From: Eledone cirrhosa
Lineage: Eukaryota
Length of the DNA stretch: 64,000 nt
NCBI GenBank assembly: GCA_964016885.1
Contig: OZ024741.1
Coordinates: 44,888,001 to 44,952,000 of the forward strand
Reading direction: 5' to 3'
The notes under the pieces were generated by a model, which saw only the letters and a program-made list of their open reading frames with translations, ran no database searches and was not told where the DNA came from. Shown here in pieces: positions 12,161-26,524 of the stretch; the stretch's first letter is position 1; the number at the start of each line of letters is the position of its first letter. A program made the translations under genes and the position numbers.

Positions 12161-14950
12161 AATAGAAATAGGAAGGAAAGGGAGCTGGTTTATAGTGTAG
12201 AAGAGGCAATTAGAAGCGGCGACGTGGCCAGAGTGCTAGCGTCGAGAACGGCCCTGGGCCAGTTCTTCGACGCGAAACACGAAGGCTGCATCGTCCGAAG
12301 CAAAATACGTGCTCTGGGAAACGAGGAGACCAAAGCTGTTAGCTGGGCCCGGGTGACAGAAGCCAAAAGAGGGAGCAGATCCACTATCCGGTCTTTGCGA
12401 GACCAGGATGGACGGGTGATCCTTGAACCTAAGCAGATGTGCGAGGCTTTTCAAAAGCACTTTGCCGGATTGTTCGGAAGGGGCGGGGAGCCGGTTCGGG
12501 ATGTGGACTTCGGCCCATACCTCGACGGCCTGCCGCGTCTCTCGGACAGGGAGGCGAAGTCCTGCGAGGAGCCGATTTCAGCCGCTGAGATAGAGGACGT
12601 GCTGAGCCAATGCGGCAAACGCAAATCCCCTGGTCTCGATCGTCTTCCATACGAACTGTATCTAGCTATGCCGGACTTGTTCCCCGATCTCCTCGAGGCG
12701 GTCTACTGCAACTGGCAACAGAACGGGAGAAATCCCTGTGATGTGACCAAGGGTGTAGTCACGCTAGTGAGGAAGGACGAGAACAAGGGGGACGATATAA
12801 ATAATTTCAGGTCCATAACTCTGCTAAATACAGAGTTACAGATTTTGGCCAAGGTGCTAGCAAAGAGGTTGGCGCTTGTCGTGGGCAACCTGGTGGGAGA
12901 TGCGCAGGCATGTGCTATCCCGTCCAGGTCCATCCACGACAACCTCCACCTCATGCTATACATCATAGAGAGGGTTGGGAACGAACCCGGCTTTGGTTGG
13001 GCCCTGATCAACTTGGATCAATCTAAGGCGTTCGATAGAGTCGACCATGGTTACCTGGATGCGGTGCTAGCGGCGGCAAGCTTCGGTCCCATTTTCAGGA
13101 GCTGGATTAATGCCACGCACAGCAGCCGCATCTGCTCTGGGGTCAAGGTGAACGGCTACCTCTCGGAGCCGTTCGAAATCGCGTGGTCCATCCGACAAGG
13201 GTGCCCTCTCTCCTCCCTTCTGTATGTGATGACTCTAGAGCCACTGCTGCGGAAGTTGGAGTTGTTGCAGGGCATCCCGTTGGAACCGGGATTGCTGAAA
13301 GCGGTGTCGGCCTATGCCGACGACGTAACAGTGATGGTGTCGACGGCCTCGAAAATCGGGGCGGTCGGCACCTTACTGGAGGAGTACGAAAGGTTTACAG
13401 GGGCTAAGATGAACCGGGACAAGTCGATCGGTCTGCAACTCGGCACGTGGAGGGGCAGATCGATGCCCTCCGATGGCGTCGTCGGGCGCTGGACGGAGGG
13501 CCCGGTGAAGTTGCTCGGGGTCTGGTTCGGACCAGACCTCCAGGTGGAGAAGATATGGGGTGAGGTAACGAATAGGGTGTTTGCACTGACCCAGAAGTGG
13601 GCCGAGTGCAAACTGTCCCTGAAAGGTCGGGCGGAGGTGGAGAACACTTATATAGCGTCCGTCATCTACTACCGCCTGACCGTTGTGCCTTGCCCAAGGG
13701 AAACGCTCGCCAAAATGGAGCGCGCACTCTTCCAATTCTTTGGAAGAAGCGGGCTCCTATGGTGAGGAGATCCATCTGCTAACAACACCCTTCGAAAGGA
13801 GGGCTGGGGATGTCGTAAACACGCATTAAGGCTACGGCACCTCCACGTATTCCTCACCGGTCAACCGGGGTGGGCCCCGTTTGTGAGGTGAGCCTTTCCC
13901 AGACTCGTCTCACTCACCGAGCTGCAATCCTGGGTCAAGCAAAGACCGAGAAAACTGGGCGCCTGGCACACCGAGTGTGCCCAGGTGCTCACGGCTCTCT
14001 GGCAGGCGGACCCGGCTTTCAGTGGAGAATCCACCTCGTCATTCTATAGAGGGCTGGTGGTTAGCAGGTGCGACGACGCCCTCGGAGAGACTCTAGGCAT
14101 GGAGGAAGACGAACTGGACAACCTGTTCGGTAGGACATTCAGCCCGGGACCCATGGATAACTTCCAGAGGTCCCTGGCCTAGCAGTGCTACAGAGGGGCT
14201 TTGCCCGTTCGAGAAAGGCGCTACAGACACGGGCGCCCGGATAGGGACCCCTCGAAAAAGATCTGTCCCAGATGCGTGTGCGACGATGAAAACGTTGCAC
14301 ACGCTTTGGTAGACTGCTCGGGCATTGCCGATCTGTGGGGCTATGTCGAACAATTGCTGTCAAGGGTGGGACCGATCCGATTGACCACCGAGTCTATTGT
14401 AACGATCAAGCCGCCTCCCCTCTTCAAAAACGAAGGAGAGGCGGTGTTTCTGTGCGTAATAGCCATGGCGTAAGAGGTTGTATGGTGGACGCGTCTGAAA
14501 GGACTGAGGTCAGACACCTTTCTCTCTGGCCAACAACTGGTCCGTTTCTTCCGATATCATTTCGGAAGAAGGATCAGGATGGAGAGAGAGGTGCTGCACC
14601 CCAGCCGTTTTTATGAAAGATGGGTGAAAGTGGCGAGAATGGCCCGTGTGAATGGGCCTTCACTCTACATCAGACTATAGGTGAGGAAGATGAACGACCA
14701 AGGGAGCACCCCCTATATGTGCTCCTGAGGAGAAGGGTTGCACACTTTTTATCGGGGGTGTGTGCGACCCCCCAAGGCGCCTCCTCCCTATTGAGAATTT
14801 TGTAATAAAATTTATTTTGTTATATTTTATTTTATTTTTATACTTTTATATCTTGTTATTGCCTCCTCCATATTGAGGACGCCTTTGCATGTAAACTCCC
14901 TCCTTTGTACTTATCCCACTTTTGATGCCTTGGTGGCAAATAAAAAGAAA
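12161..14950 (+). mobile_element. 5'-truncated Tx1-like LINE (RT pseudogene)
   Basis: ORF 12059-13765 is homologous to ORF2 at 47627 (QGCPLS, YADD), with downstream frameshifts. Flanked by (TATC)n on both sides. Confidence 0.95.
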
Positions 14951-14969
14951 GTTATCTATCTATCTATCT

Positions 14970-15885
14970 GACTGGCACCTCGAATGTGCTCAGGCGCTCA
15001 CAGTCCTCTGGCAAACGAATCCGGCGATCAGTGGAGACTCCACTTCGACATTCCATAGAAGGTTGGTCCGCAGCAAGTGCGACGACACGCTCCCAGAAAC
15101 TCTAGGCGTAGAGAAGGACGAACTGGCTAGTCTGTTCGGTAGACTTTCCGCCCGGGACCAATGGACAACTTCCAAGGTCGCTGACCTGTCAGTGCTACCG
15201 AGTTCGAGACAAGCTCTACAGACACCGGCGCATGGTAGGGACCCTTCGAAAAAGATCTGTCCGAGATGCGTGCGCACGCATTTGTACACTGCCCGGGCGT
15301 TACCGACATGTGGGGCTATGTAGAACGACTGTTTTCGCGGGTGGGACCAATCCAGTTGACCACCGAGTCCATTGTCATGATCAAACCGCCACGCTCCTTC
15401 GAAAACGAGGAAGAGGCGGTTTTCCTACGTGTTATGGCTATGATGAAAGAGGTTATATGGTGGACGAGGTTAAAAGGGCTGAAGTCAGACACCTTTGTCT
15501 CCGGCGAGCAACTGATTCGTTTTTTCAAATATCATTTTGGAAGTAGAATTAGGATGGAGAGAGAGGTGCTGTACAGCAGCAAATTTTATAAAAGGTGGGT
15601 GAATGTGGCAAAGATGGCCCGAGTGGTTGGGCCTTCTCTCTATATAAGCCTATAGATTGAGGAAAAATAGGAAGAGAGGAAGGGAGTACTCACTCTTGGT
15701 GCTCCTGGAGATGAGGCTTGTACATTTTTTCGGGGTGTGTCCAACCCCTGTGTAACACCTCCCCCATATTGGGGATTTCAATTGTTATTTGTTATTGTAT
15801 TAATAGTTTTATTTTCATATACCTGTATGTAAATTCCCCCTTTGTATTTGTCCCCTTCTTTTGTGCCCTTGTGGCTAATAAAGAA
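14970..15885 (+). mobile_element. 5'-truncated Tx1-like LINE 3' fragment
   Basis: ORF2 C-terminus (KKICPRC..HAFVHC) plus a 3' UTR ending gcccttgtggctaataaagaa. TATC on both sides. Confidence 0.9.
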
Positions 15886-15922
15886 TTGTATCTATCTATA
15901 TGTCTGTCTGTCTGCCTGTCTG

Positions 15923-15985
<63 letters not shown>

Positions 15986-16009
15986 ATATATATGTTTACC
16001 TAACTATAG

Positions 16010-18234
16010 ACGGACGCTCTGGGCCGCTGCGGGAAACGCAAATCACCCGATCTAGATGATCTACCCTATGAGTTTTACATAGGCAAGCCGGACTTGTTCT
16101 CTGGCTTCCTCGAAGTCTTCTACTGCAATTGGCAGCAGAACGGGACAATTCCCAGTTCTGCAGGCAAGAGCGTAATAACGCTGATCAGGAAAGACGAGAA
16201 CAAAGGGGACGAAATAAAGAATTTCAGGCCCATAAATCTGCTCAACACAGAGTTTAAAATGTTGGCCAAGGTGCTAGCAACGAGGCTGGCGATTGTCGTC
16301 GAAAACCTTGTAGGGAAAGCGCAAACGTGTGCAATCCCGACCAGGTCAATACACGACAACCTCCACCTCATGCGATACATCATAGATGGGTGTAAACCCG
16401 GCTTCGGTGGGGCTCAGATCAATTTAGATCAGTCAAAATCATTCGATAGGGTCGACCATCGACACTTGGAAGCGGTTCTCAAGGCGGCCGGTTTCGGTCC
16501 CGTTTTCAGGGGCTGGATCAAGGCGATGAACACCAGCATCTGCTCGAGGGTCAAGGTGAACGGCTACCTATCGGAGCCGTTCGCAATCACGCCTTCCATT
16601 CGACAGTGATGCCCTCTCTCCTCCATTCTGTACGTATTGACTCTAGAGCCACTACTGCGGAAGTTGGAGCTTTTTCAGGGCATCCCTTTAGAACCGGGAC
16701 TGCGAAAAGCGGCGTAGGCTTTTGCCGAAGACGTGACGGTAATGGTGCTGAAAACCTCGGAAATCAAGGTAATCGGTAACCTACTACAGGAATACGAAAG
16801 GTTCACAGGAGTAAAACTGAACCCGGACAAGTCTGTCGGTTTGCAACTCGGAACGTGGAAAAAAATGGAACAAGGTCATGGCCAAGGTATTTGCGCTCAC
16901 CCCGAAGTGGGAAAAGTGCAAACTGTCTTTGAAAGGTCGAGCGGAGGTGGCGAACACTTTCATAGCGTCTGTCATCTACTACCGCTTCACTGTCGTGCCC
17001 CGCCAAGATGAATACCTCACCAAGATGGAACGCATGCACTGCCAGTGCCTGTGGAAGAAGCAGGCTCAACTGGTGAGGAGATCCCTCTGCTGTCAACACC
17101 CTTCCAACGGAGCGCTGGGGATGCCGTTTCTAATTATGCGCAAGCATGCGCTGGGGTTACGGCATCTCCAGGTATTGCTCACCGACCAACCGATGTGGGC
17201 ACCGTTTGTGAGACAGGCCTTCCCACAACTTGTCTCGTTGATGGAGCTGCAATCCTTGGTGAAGCGAAGACCGAATAGGGCGCCTGGCACATTGAATGCG
17301 CCCAAGCGCTCACAGTCCTGTATCAAGCGGGCACAGAAATCAATGGATACTCCACTTCGACATTCTATAGAGGGTTAGTACTTTACAAGTGCGACGACGT
17401 GCTCGGGGAGACTCTAGGAGTCGAAGACGACGAGCTCAGCAGTCTGTTCAGTAGGACTTTCCACCCGGGACCTATGGACATCTTCCAGAGGTCCCTGGAC
17501 TTGCAGTGCTACCGAGGAGCTCTACCCGTTTGAGATAAGATCTACAGGCACGGACGCCCCGGCAGAGATCCTTCCAAGAGGACGTGTCCAAGATGCGAGC
17601 AGTACATTGAAACCGTTTTGCATGCAATTGTACACTGCCCGGGCGTAAGCGACCTGTGGAACTATGCAGAACAACTACTGTCGCGTATGGGACAAATCCA
17701 GTTGACTGCCGAGTCCATAGTAAGGATCAAACTGCCAGCCTCTTTCAAAAACGAAAGAGAGGCGGTTTTCCTCTGTACAGTGGCTATGGTGAAAGCGGTT
17801 ATATGGTGGCGAGATTGAGAGGACTGAGGACAGATGCCTTTCTCTCCGGACAACAATTGATTCCTTTCTTTAAGTATAAGTTAGAAGGAGAATCAGAGTG
17901 GAGAGAGAGGCACTGCACCCCAGTAAATTTACTGAAAGGTGGGTGAATGAAGCGAAAATGGCCCGAGTGATTGGGGCTTCTCTGTTTATAAGCCTGTAGG
18001 TTAAAGAAGAGAGCAAAAGGAAGAAGGGATAACTTGCAAAATACGCTCCTGAAGTTGAGTGCTGTTCTATCGATGGGGTATTAAACAACCCAATTGTGAC
18101 GCTTCTCCCCTTTTGGGGATTTCGATTGTTATAATTGTTTGTTTCAATATTTTTACACGACTGTATTCAAAATCCCCGTCATGTGTCTTTGTATTGTCCC
18201 CTTTTCTTGTGCGCCCTTGTGGCAAATAAAGAAA
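16010..18234 (+). mobile_element. 5'-truncated, frameshifted Tx1-like LINE
   Basis: ORF fragments 16094-16609, 16733-17011, 16878-17378 and 17618-17818 match ORF2. Ends gcccttgtggcaaataaagaaa, followed by tatctctatc. Confidence 0.92.
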
Positions 18235-19195
18235 TATCTCTATCTATATAGCTAACTATTTATTTTTATATCACTCCATCAGCTTCGCATACAATCAAAT
18301 CATCACTCACTGTATATTTACGTATATAAATCTGTCTACGTATATTATTCTGTCTTTGATGGCCTCGTTCTCATTATCACTCAAAGTTGGAGCACCTCCA
18401 GTTCTCTCACAACCCTCTCTCCTGTTCTTTCACTCTTTACGTCAAACAAACTGCTTTTCAGCACCATGTCTTTCACTGACATAGCTTCTGTCACTCTCTC
18501 TATTTGGTTCCTTTGCTCTTTCAATCTCTTACAATATATATACACAAACATACTTACATATATATATATGTATGTATATATATATATATGTCAGGTCACC
18601 ACTTGGTGCTACTGGTAACATGTATCCCAGTACAACCTGTCTCATGGTCGGGTCGTTGGCGACTAAACTGGCAACCCCACCAAGGTTTCTTGGTGAGGAG
18701 GGTGACTTTGGACATCCTGCAGGACTAAAAACAAAACCTGTCAAAGGGCAAAGGAGCTCTTAAGAGTCAATGGCCATCCAAAATCACTGGGAGAGATGAT
18801 CCCTTAGCCTTTGTCAAGGCAGAATTCTAGGAGAAGGAAAACTCTTATATAACACCTGCAACCCTGATGGTATCCAATGATGTTGACTTGTTCTTCTTTT
18901 TGGTAAATATCATCTTGGTTAAGAGAGTGGGACTGGCTTTGTGCAGTGCCTTTGCTCACTATAAAAGCTTCACGGCACAGGCATTGCTTTGTATCTGGAG
19001 ATCTCTCTGCACTTTTCGTCACATGGTACCAAAGATAAAGCACTATGTGTCAATAATTGTCACAAGTGTAGTGTTTGTACCAGAGTTTTCAAGTCGCTGG
19101 CTGGACTAAAAAGTCACACTCGTTCAGCGCATCGGTAGGGGTTCTCCTACATGGATATAAAGTAGTGGCCGTACTCGAAAACGAGTTGGCAGCCA

Positions 19196-19335
<140 letters not shown>

Positions 19336-19370
19336 GTGTGTGTGTGTGTATATGTATGTATATATATATA

Positions 19371-19719
19371 AAGATTCTAAAGTTGGGATGATTTTCGGCG
19401 GCACAGGTATCAATGTGTTCACTCAGTGCTATTTTTTCTGTATTCCTGTATTTTGATTTGGAATCTATGGACAGTCATATATATATAGATGTGTGTGTGT
19501 CAGTTTGTATGCATATATATATATATATATGAAAAGGTTTAACCCCGACGGCAGAGCTCAAGCCGTTTCGACAACTATTTCAGTCCTGAAATAGTCGTTG
19601 AAATGGTTTGAGCTCTGCCGTCGGGGTCATACCTTTTCCTATCTCCCACTCTACTACCCTAAGTAATTGAGTACTCTGGTGCGTTATGGTCCACCTGGTT
19701 CCTTACCATAATTCCTTCG

Positions 19720-19769
<50 letters not shown>

Positions 19770-19908
19770 ACTGTAAACTGACACACGCATATGTACATAC
19801 ATGACTGTCCATAGATCCCAAACCAAAATACGAGAATACAGAAAAAATAGCACTGAGTGAACACATTGATACCTGTGCCGCCCAAAATCATCCCAACTTT
19901 AGTATCTT
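19371..19908. repeat. ~135-bp inverted repeat (19371-19508 / ~19770-19908) enclosing hairpin element copy 2 (19531-19722)
   Basis: ctaaagttgggatgatttt..ggacagtcat and its reverse complement, with (TA)n between. Confidence 0.75.
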
Positions 19909-19933
19909 TGCCCTCTAGAAATTCAAAGATAAT

Positions 19934-20118
19934 TGTTTCCACTTTTGGCACAAGGCCACAATTAACCAGTGTATTACTGGTACTTTATTTATTTTATCGA
20001 CCCCGTAAGGATGAAAGGCAAAGTTAACCTCGGCGGGATTTGAACTCAGATCGTAAAGGGACGTAACTACCCTGGAAAGCATGTCTGACCCTCTACCAAT
20101 ACTGCCAATTCACCGCCC
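19934..20118 (-). mobile_element. tRNA-derived SINE, full length
   Basis: Family match. TSD 19916-19933 / 20119-20136 (16 of 18 identical). Confidence 0.9.
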
Positions 20119-20628
20119 TACAAATTTAAAGATAATGCCACCCACACCCAGCGCATCAGCAAGGAATCTCACTTTATCAACAAATCCGGACCCCTTCTAA
20201 ACACTTCCTCCTAAGACGAACCCACAACATACACACGTCAACATACATACCTACATCAGCATACATCCTACATACATTTCTAATCACATATAAACACAAT
20301 GACATACGTAAACAGACATGTTCTATGTTGCAACACAAATATACACAAATGTGCATACCTTTTGATGTTTATAGATATACACGTGTCGACACACACACAT
20401 ACACATACGCACACATGTATTGCACATTGATGTGTGCATACATATTTGTACACAAGTATTCCATACGGCAGGGCCTAATGAATTCCCCTTGCAGTACGTA
20501 CAATCTGGACTGACACACGCCTTGTTGTTATGATAATACTATACATCATTTCACCTCTTTTATTATTGATGTTATTGATGTTCTTTTGAGAGAATCGTTT
20601 TTGCAAATGACTGGAAATATCAAATAAT

Positions 20629-20740
20629 TGTTTCTACTTTAGGCACAAGGCCAGCAATTACCCAGTGCATTACTGGTACTTTATTTTATCGACCCCGTAA
20701 GGATGAAAGGTAAAGTCAACCTCGGCGGGATTTGAACTCA
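20629..20740 (-). mobile_element. 5'-truncated tRNA-derived SINE
   Basis: Family match from the B box to the tail. Confidence 0.85.
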
Positions 20741-20821
20741 TGTAATGTACGCCAAATAATGTACGCCATTTTCAAATAATGTACGCCATTTTCACCAGTA
20801 CCACAAAAATACTGGTCCATC

Positions 20822-20854
<33 letters not shown>

Positions 20855-21043
20855 ACACATCACACGCATGCACACGCGAACACTAACATACAGACATACA
20901 CACACTTCTCCGTATAAGACACGAGCTGAAAAATATGTTTCAACATGTTAAAATACCCCCCCCCCCACACACACACGCACGCACGTACACACACATTCCT
21001 ACTGACCGATTCATTTCCATTATCACGACAATGAACCACTCTG

Positions 21044-21081
<38 letters not shown>

Positions 21082-21727
21082 ACACGTACACACACATTCC
21101 TACTGGCCGATTCATTTCCATTATCACAAAAATGAACCACTTTCCTACACACACATACACACACACACGCACACCCACACACACGCATGCACACACACAC
21201 ATACACACACACACACATATTTGTCTTAATAGACACCTGAACTGTTGACCTCTCAAGATGAATGCAACTCAATCAAGCGGAAAAGGACACTCTTCGACAA
21301 ACCTACATATGGCGCGAAACCAGCTCGCGCTAAATTCAATTTAAACATTCACGTGACTTCTACCGACCAATGAAAATTGTTTTGACTAGAAGAATTTTTG
21401 CAACACGAATTGGCGCGAAATTGATATTGCTTATTCACGTGACATTCAACAACCAACCAAATCTTAATACCTCTCACGCCTATTTTTTCACATAAAACAG
21501 GAAGAATTTCCAAAGCTGATCAGATTAGTGCAAAAATCACCAGTACTCTATCTCAAAATTATTTTTGAAAAGCATAAGAAATGCGCAACCGGTAAAAATT
21601 TTAAACTAAAACTGAATACTAACTAATACATATTACTAATTTATACTTATTCCTAATTAAACTATTTTTCACTGGGAAAGATTTGTCAGCATTTTCTTTT
21701 CCTTTTTACTAATATATATATATATAT

Positions 21728-22123
21728 AAAGAAAACGAAAAATCAGTGATGCATCTGGACTGAGTTTATTGCGTGTTGCAATTGTTTCGTCGGCAGGTAG
21801 CTCGAGACATGGTCCCTGTAGGGATCTGTCTGATTCTACGGCTGCAGGGTCCTACAGAAAAGGGTAGTTCATGAGTGATAAAATTTGCTCCGAACGAACT
21901 ACCAGCGTCTGAAGGAATCTCCAGCCGTAGAATCAGCCATCCATACAGGGACCATGTCTCGAGCTACCTGCCGACGAAACAATTGTAACACGCAATAAGT
22001 TGAGTCCAGATGCATCACTGATTTGTCGTTTTCTTTATACTATCTACACTCTACTCTGCTGAATATTGAGTGCTAATTTTGGCACACCGTCTATGGAAGC
22101 ACCATAGCTACCATTATACACAA

Positions 22124-22130
<7 letters not shown>
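21728..22130 (+). mobile_element. Fold-back PLE-like element with degenerate hammerhead
   Basis: 21728-21846 is the reverse complement of ~21920-22037. gcgt-CTGAAGG...GAAA-caattg-TA-acacgc at ~21906-21993. (TA)n on both sides. Confidence 0.55.
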
Positions 22131-22192
<62 letters not shown>

Positions 22193-22426
22193 ACACTATC
22201 CTTCTTAATCTTATCTTCAGCTCTCTATCATTGATTGTCTCATTCTGTTTGCCTAAGCATATTTATTTATTATCTAGCAATTCTCTAGAGGAATATTTAT
22301 AATAAAGTCAAAACCAAATAATGCAGCTTCGACGACAATTTAAACATGATAAAAATATTGAGAAAGTAATATCCCAAGGGAAGATGGTAGAGAATATATA
22401 GAGAATCGGAGAGATAGAGGAAACTA

Positions 22427-22464
<38 letters not shown>

Positions 22465-22466
<2 letters not shown>

Positions 22467-22675
22467 CGTTTCTGAAGTTGTTTAGCAAGATTCTTTATCT
22501 GAAAACGTATGTTGAAACCGGTATTGTTATACTTTGGGAGGGTCATGTTGCCAATAAGAAACTCACGCACCAGTTCGTATCACTCCATTGAATTTATAAT
22601 TTAATTTATAATAAATTGGAGTGAAAGCAGGTGGTTCGTATGTTTATTATTGCTATCATGACCCTCCCAAAGTAT

Positions 22676-22682
<7 letters not shown>
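22465..22682. repeat. Fold-back of the terminal sequence of the 26525/28578 PLE family, between (TA)n
   Basis: gttatactttgggagggtcatg at ~22525 and its reverse complement at ~22657-22678. Confidence 0.7.
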
Positions 22683-22725
<43 letters not shown>

Positions 22726-23749
22726 GGTAGATGTCTGTCTGTGTGTATGTATGATTTTTATGTATTTCCACATTTCTCTTCCGATTGTGATGATTTTTTT
22801 CGAATGTGCTCCAAATTTACTAGGGCAGGTCAACGCGTAATTACTTTTGCGAAACATTTCCTGCTTCTATGAAGGAAAATCGATAAAACTAAATACATGC
22901 TGTAACCCTCTCTCTTACCCGCTTCATTCCTCTCACTACCCTCAATCTTCTCCACAACTCTCTTTAAAAGGTTACTGCCTCCGTCTCTGAAGGAACACGT
23001 CACAAACTTTGATAACCATCTCTCTTACACGCTTCATTCCTCTCACTACCCTCAATCTCCTCTGCAACTCTCTTTAAAAGGTTACTGCCCCCGTCTCCAT
23101 CACAGTTTAGAACAACAACAAAACTTCTCTCTCTATATAATAGATCAATCCCCCTCCTCGTTGGTCATACATCAAATATCAACATTTAAAAAGCCTATAA
23201 CACTAAATACATACTGCTCTCTCAACGTTACATTTTACATCAAATAACAAATATTCAAAAGCAACAGATGAATTTATAAAACAACAAACATAACAATAAT
23301 GAAGCTTAAGCGTTCATTTACTTGAATCTCAACAAAGACATTATATTTTATTGTTGTCATTTTTGTAATTTTTCTTTCTTTGTTTTTCTCAATATGAGAC
23401 AAAAAATTTATGAGAAAACTTTTTTAACGAACGTCCGATTTCGATGATTTATTTTCCAGTGTGCTCCAAAATAACGCCCCTGTTTACGCTCTTTTGTGCT
23501 ATAACTCAGACAGGCTTGGCTTACAGGTTTGACCTATTATTTGACGTGCATTCTTCATAGATCTTACCTAGTACTCACTTTCCACTTACTCACCGTTCAA
23601 TTGAAAGTTTTGGCTACTCCCCTTTCATGCTCCATTACCTGCATAAATATTTACGCGTTCGGTCCTGCTACAATATAGTACTCACGTTAAACTAATTCAA
23701 AGTTCATTTGAAAATTTTCGCTACCAAACACATTCTTTGAATATACGGT

Positions 23750-26520
23750 CATGCCACCCAAAAAAGACCACGACTTAGTCGCTAAACTAAAGCTACTTCT
23801 GCTGCCAAACGAAGAAGAGTTACAGAGTTGTCCGTAGAAAAATTGACTCGGTTGTCACAAAATGCAACTCGAAATGCAATTACCCGGCCAACCGAGACAG
23901 AAAAGAAAGGAGCATCCACCTTTCCGGAAATGCATTTATAACTGCAGTTGCACGTGCAGCGCAAACTGATGAACAACATTCTCGACGACAAAGCAAAAAT
24001 GCGGCCTCCACCGATGCGGCACGTGACAGTGAGCACGAAGAACACCGTTACAGTCGACGACGAAGATATGCCGCCTCAACTGCTACGTCACGTGCTGCCG
24101 AGGACGAAGGGCAGCGTTCCAGACGTCAACGTACGGACGCCGCTTCAACAGCTTCCGTTCGCGCATCAGAGACTGCGCAAATTAAATTACAAAGGCTAAA
24201 CGCCAACGCATTCCGCAGGAGTGCTAAACGAGGTACACAGAGGATCAGTTGCACCCAGTGGTCTCAGTAAACTATGCACTGATGCCAGAAGTTCATATTG
24301 GATCCATGTCTATCATGGCCCATGGGATGTCCTCTATTCTGACGGCAAAGTAAAACTGCCTCCTCTACAGGAACCACCACAACCTTTGAAGTATCTACTG
24401 ACCGGTGCCACAGTGGAGTTGGAACACTTCCTTCAATGTTCCAAGAGATACAACGCTGCCTTCCAAATGACCTCTTTCGGCGCTAACATCATACGCGAGG
24501 ACGGCTTCATGCCAACCTTTAAAGTTCAAGGACAAATTTACCACAGAATCGGTTCGCTACTGCCCACGACAGAGGGACAGCCCCAGTTCCTACAGCTATA
24601 CTTTGTTACTGACTATTTGGACCAAGCGGAACGACGGGCTTCAATTTCGCCTAGCACAGACATGAACATTCTGTTGCAACTCCAGAGAATGCTGCACGAA
24701 AACAACAACTACATTCGCAGTTTTAAATGCGCATTGGAGGCTGCTCCGTTGCCAAATTTTGCTGTTATAATCGACGCTGACAGAAACCATCAGGCACCTA
24801 CGCCAGACGTTTTAACACTCCAACGTGCAATGAAATAGCTGTGCTTCTTCATGGAGAAGAGTACAACAAGCGGAATATCATACTTCAGTGTAGAGACAAT
24901 AGTCTGCAACGGATCAGCGAGACGCATAGGTCCTATGACGCATTCAAATATCCCCTACTTTTCCCATTCGGTGACGACGGATACCACTTTGGAATTCCTT
25001 TGTACAACAAAACTGTTTCCTCTATGCAATTCTATACCTACCGTTTCATGGTCCGCGAATGCTGCTTTAACCAACTGCACCGTGCAAGAGTACTCTACAA
25101 CCAGCTTGCTGTAGACGCGTGCGCAAAGATGGAATCTGAAAGGCTGTGCTACATAAGGAACAATCAAGCACGCCTTCGTTCGGACAGCTACATTCACTTA
25201 CGGGATGGAGTAAGGAATGACGTCGATCCCGAGAATCTAGGAAAACATTGTATCCTTCCGTCGACCTTTATTGGGAGTCTCCGATACATGAGTGAACGCA
25301 CACAGATGCTATGACGTACGTGCGTCTCTACGGCAGACCGGATCTCTTCATCACTTCAACATACAACCCTAAGTGGAGTGAAATTACCGCGGAATTATTC
25401 CCCGGACAAGGGGCGTCAGACAGACACGACCTTACGGTACGAGTCTTTCGCTTGAAATTGACAAAACTTATTGAACTCCTAAAATCAGGTAAGGCCTTTG
25501 GACCTGTTAGGTGCTACGTATACACTGTTGAGTGGCAAAAGAGAGGCCTGCCACACGCTCACCTACTCATTCGGCTGATAAGGAAAATCAACGCAAGCAG
25601 CATTGTCAGCATCATTTCAGCAGAAATACCCGACCCAAAATTGGACAGAGAACTCCACAACATCGTCACTGCTCACATGGTTCATGGGCCATGCGGAAAC
25701 GGTTTCAACATGAATTCGCCATGCACTAAAGAAAGAAGGTGCACCAAGAGGTATCCTAGGCCATTCCTCCGAGAAACTCGGACAGGTGGCGATGGTTATC
25801 CATTATACCGACGCAGGGAGCCAGCGGACGGAGGAATTGTTGCGAAAACACCACATCACAACGTCGACAACCGGTGGATTGTACCCTACTGCCCACTTCT
25901 GCTTAAATTGTTTAACTCCCACATTAACTTTTAATACTGCCACTCCGACAAATCGATAAAGTACGTCTGCAACTTCATCAATAAGGGGTCCGTTGCTGCG
26001 TCCTTTGGTCTTACAATGGAGAACAATCGAGACGAAGTAACTCGATACCAGGTCGGCTGATACATCAGCAGCAATGAAGCGTTCTGGCGATTATTCCACT
26101 TTGCAATACACCATAACTACCCCCCCCCCCAAATCAAACAGTTGGAGGTGCACCTTGAAAACGGTCAAAGAGCCTACTTCACCGCCTCCACCGCTGCTTA
26201 GATAGCAGAGGAACCCAAGGACACCACACTTACGGCATTTTTTAAGTTATGCCGGAACGATCCCTTCGCCAAGACCATCATCTACTCTCAGGTGCCATCA
26301 TACTACACATAGAACACAGACAACAGAATTTGGTTAAGAAGGGTGAAAGGACAACCCGTCGAGGGACATCCAGACATTAAAATGTCCCCTACCCTTGGGA
26401 GAGTGTACACCATTAATCCTAACCAACAGGAATGCTTTTATCTCCGCCTTCTACTGCATGAAGTGGTAGGACCGACACCTTTCGACGATCTGAAAACAAT
26501 CAACGGAGAGTGCTGTACTT
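23750..26520 (+). pseudogene. Helitron RepHel pseudogene (Rep/HUH region), frameshifted and truncated before the helicase
   Basis: YNAAFQMTSFG..FKVQGQIYH, YPLLFPFG, YGRPDLFIT, VEWQKRGLPHAHLLI (HUH motif), MVHGPCG and FYLRLLLHEV in ORFs 24221-26540. Confidence 0.92.
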
Positions 26521-26524
26521 CATT

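Noticed and set aside
22495-22532. ctgaaaa..gaaaccggta hammerhead-like string (also ~29578-29612 minus)
   Set aside because: The core lacks NGA and stem II does not pair.
22905-23097. ~85-bp direct repeat pair (a similar duplication lies at ~20990-21145)
   Set aside because: A simple local duplication. It is not a CRISPR array: only two units, in a eukaryotic context.
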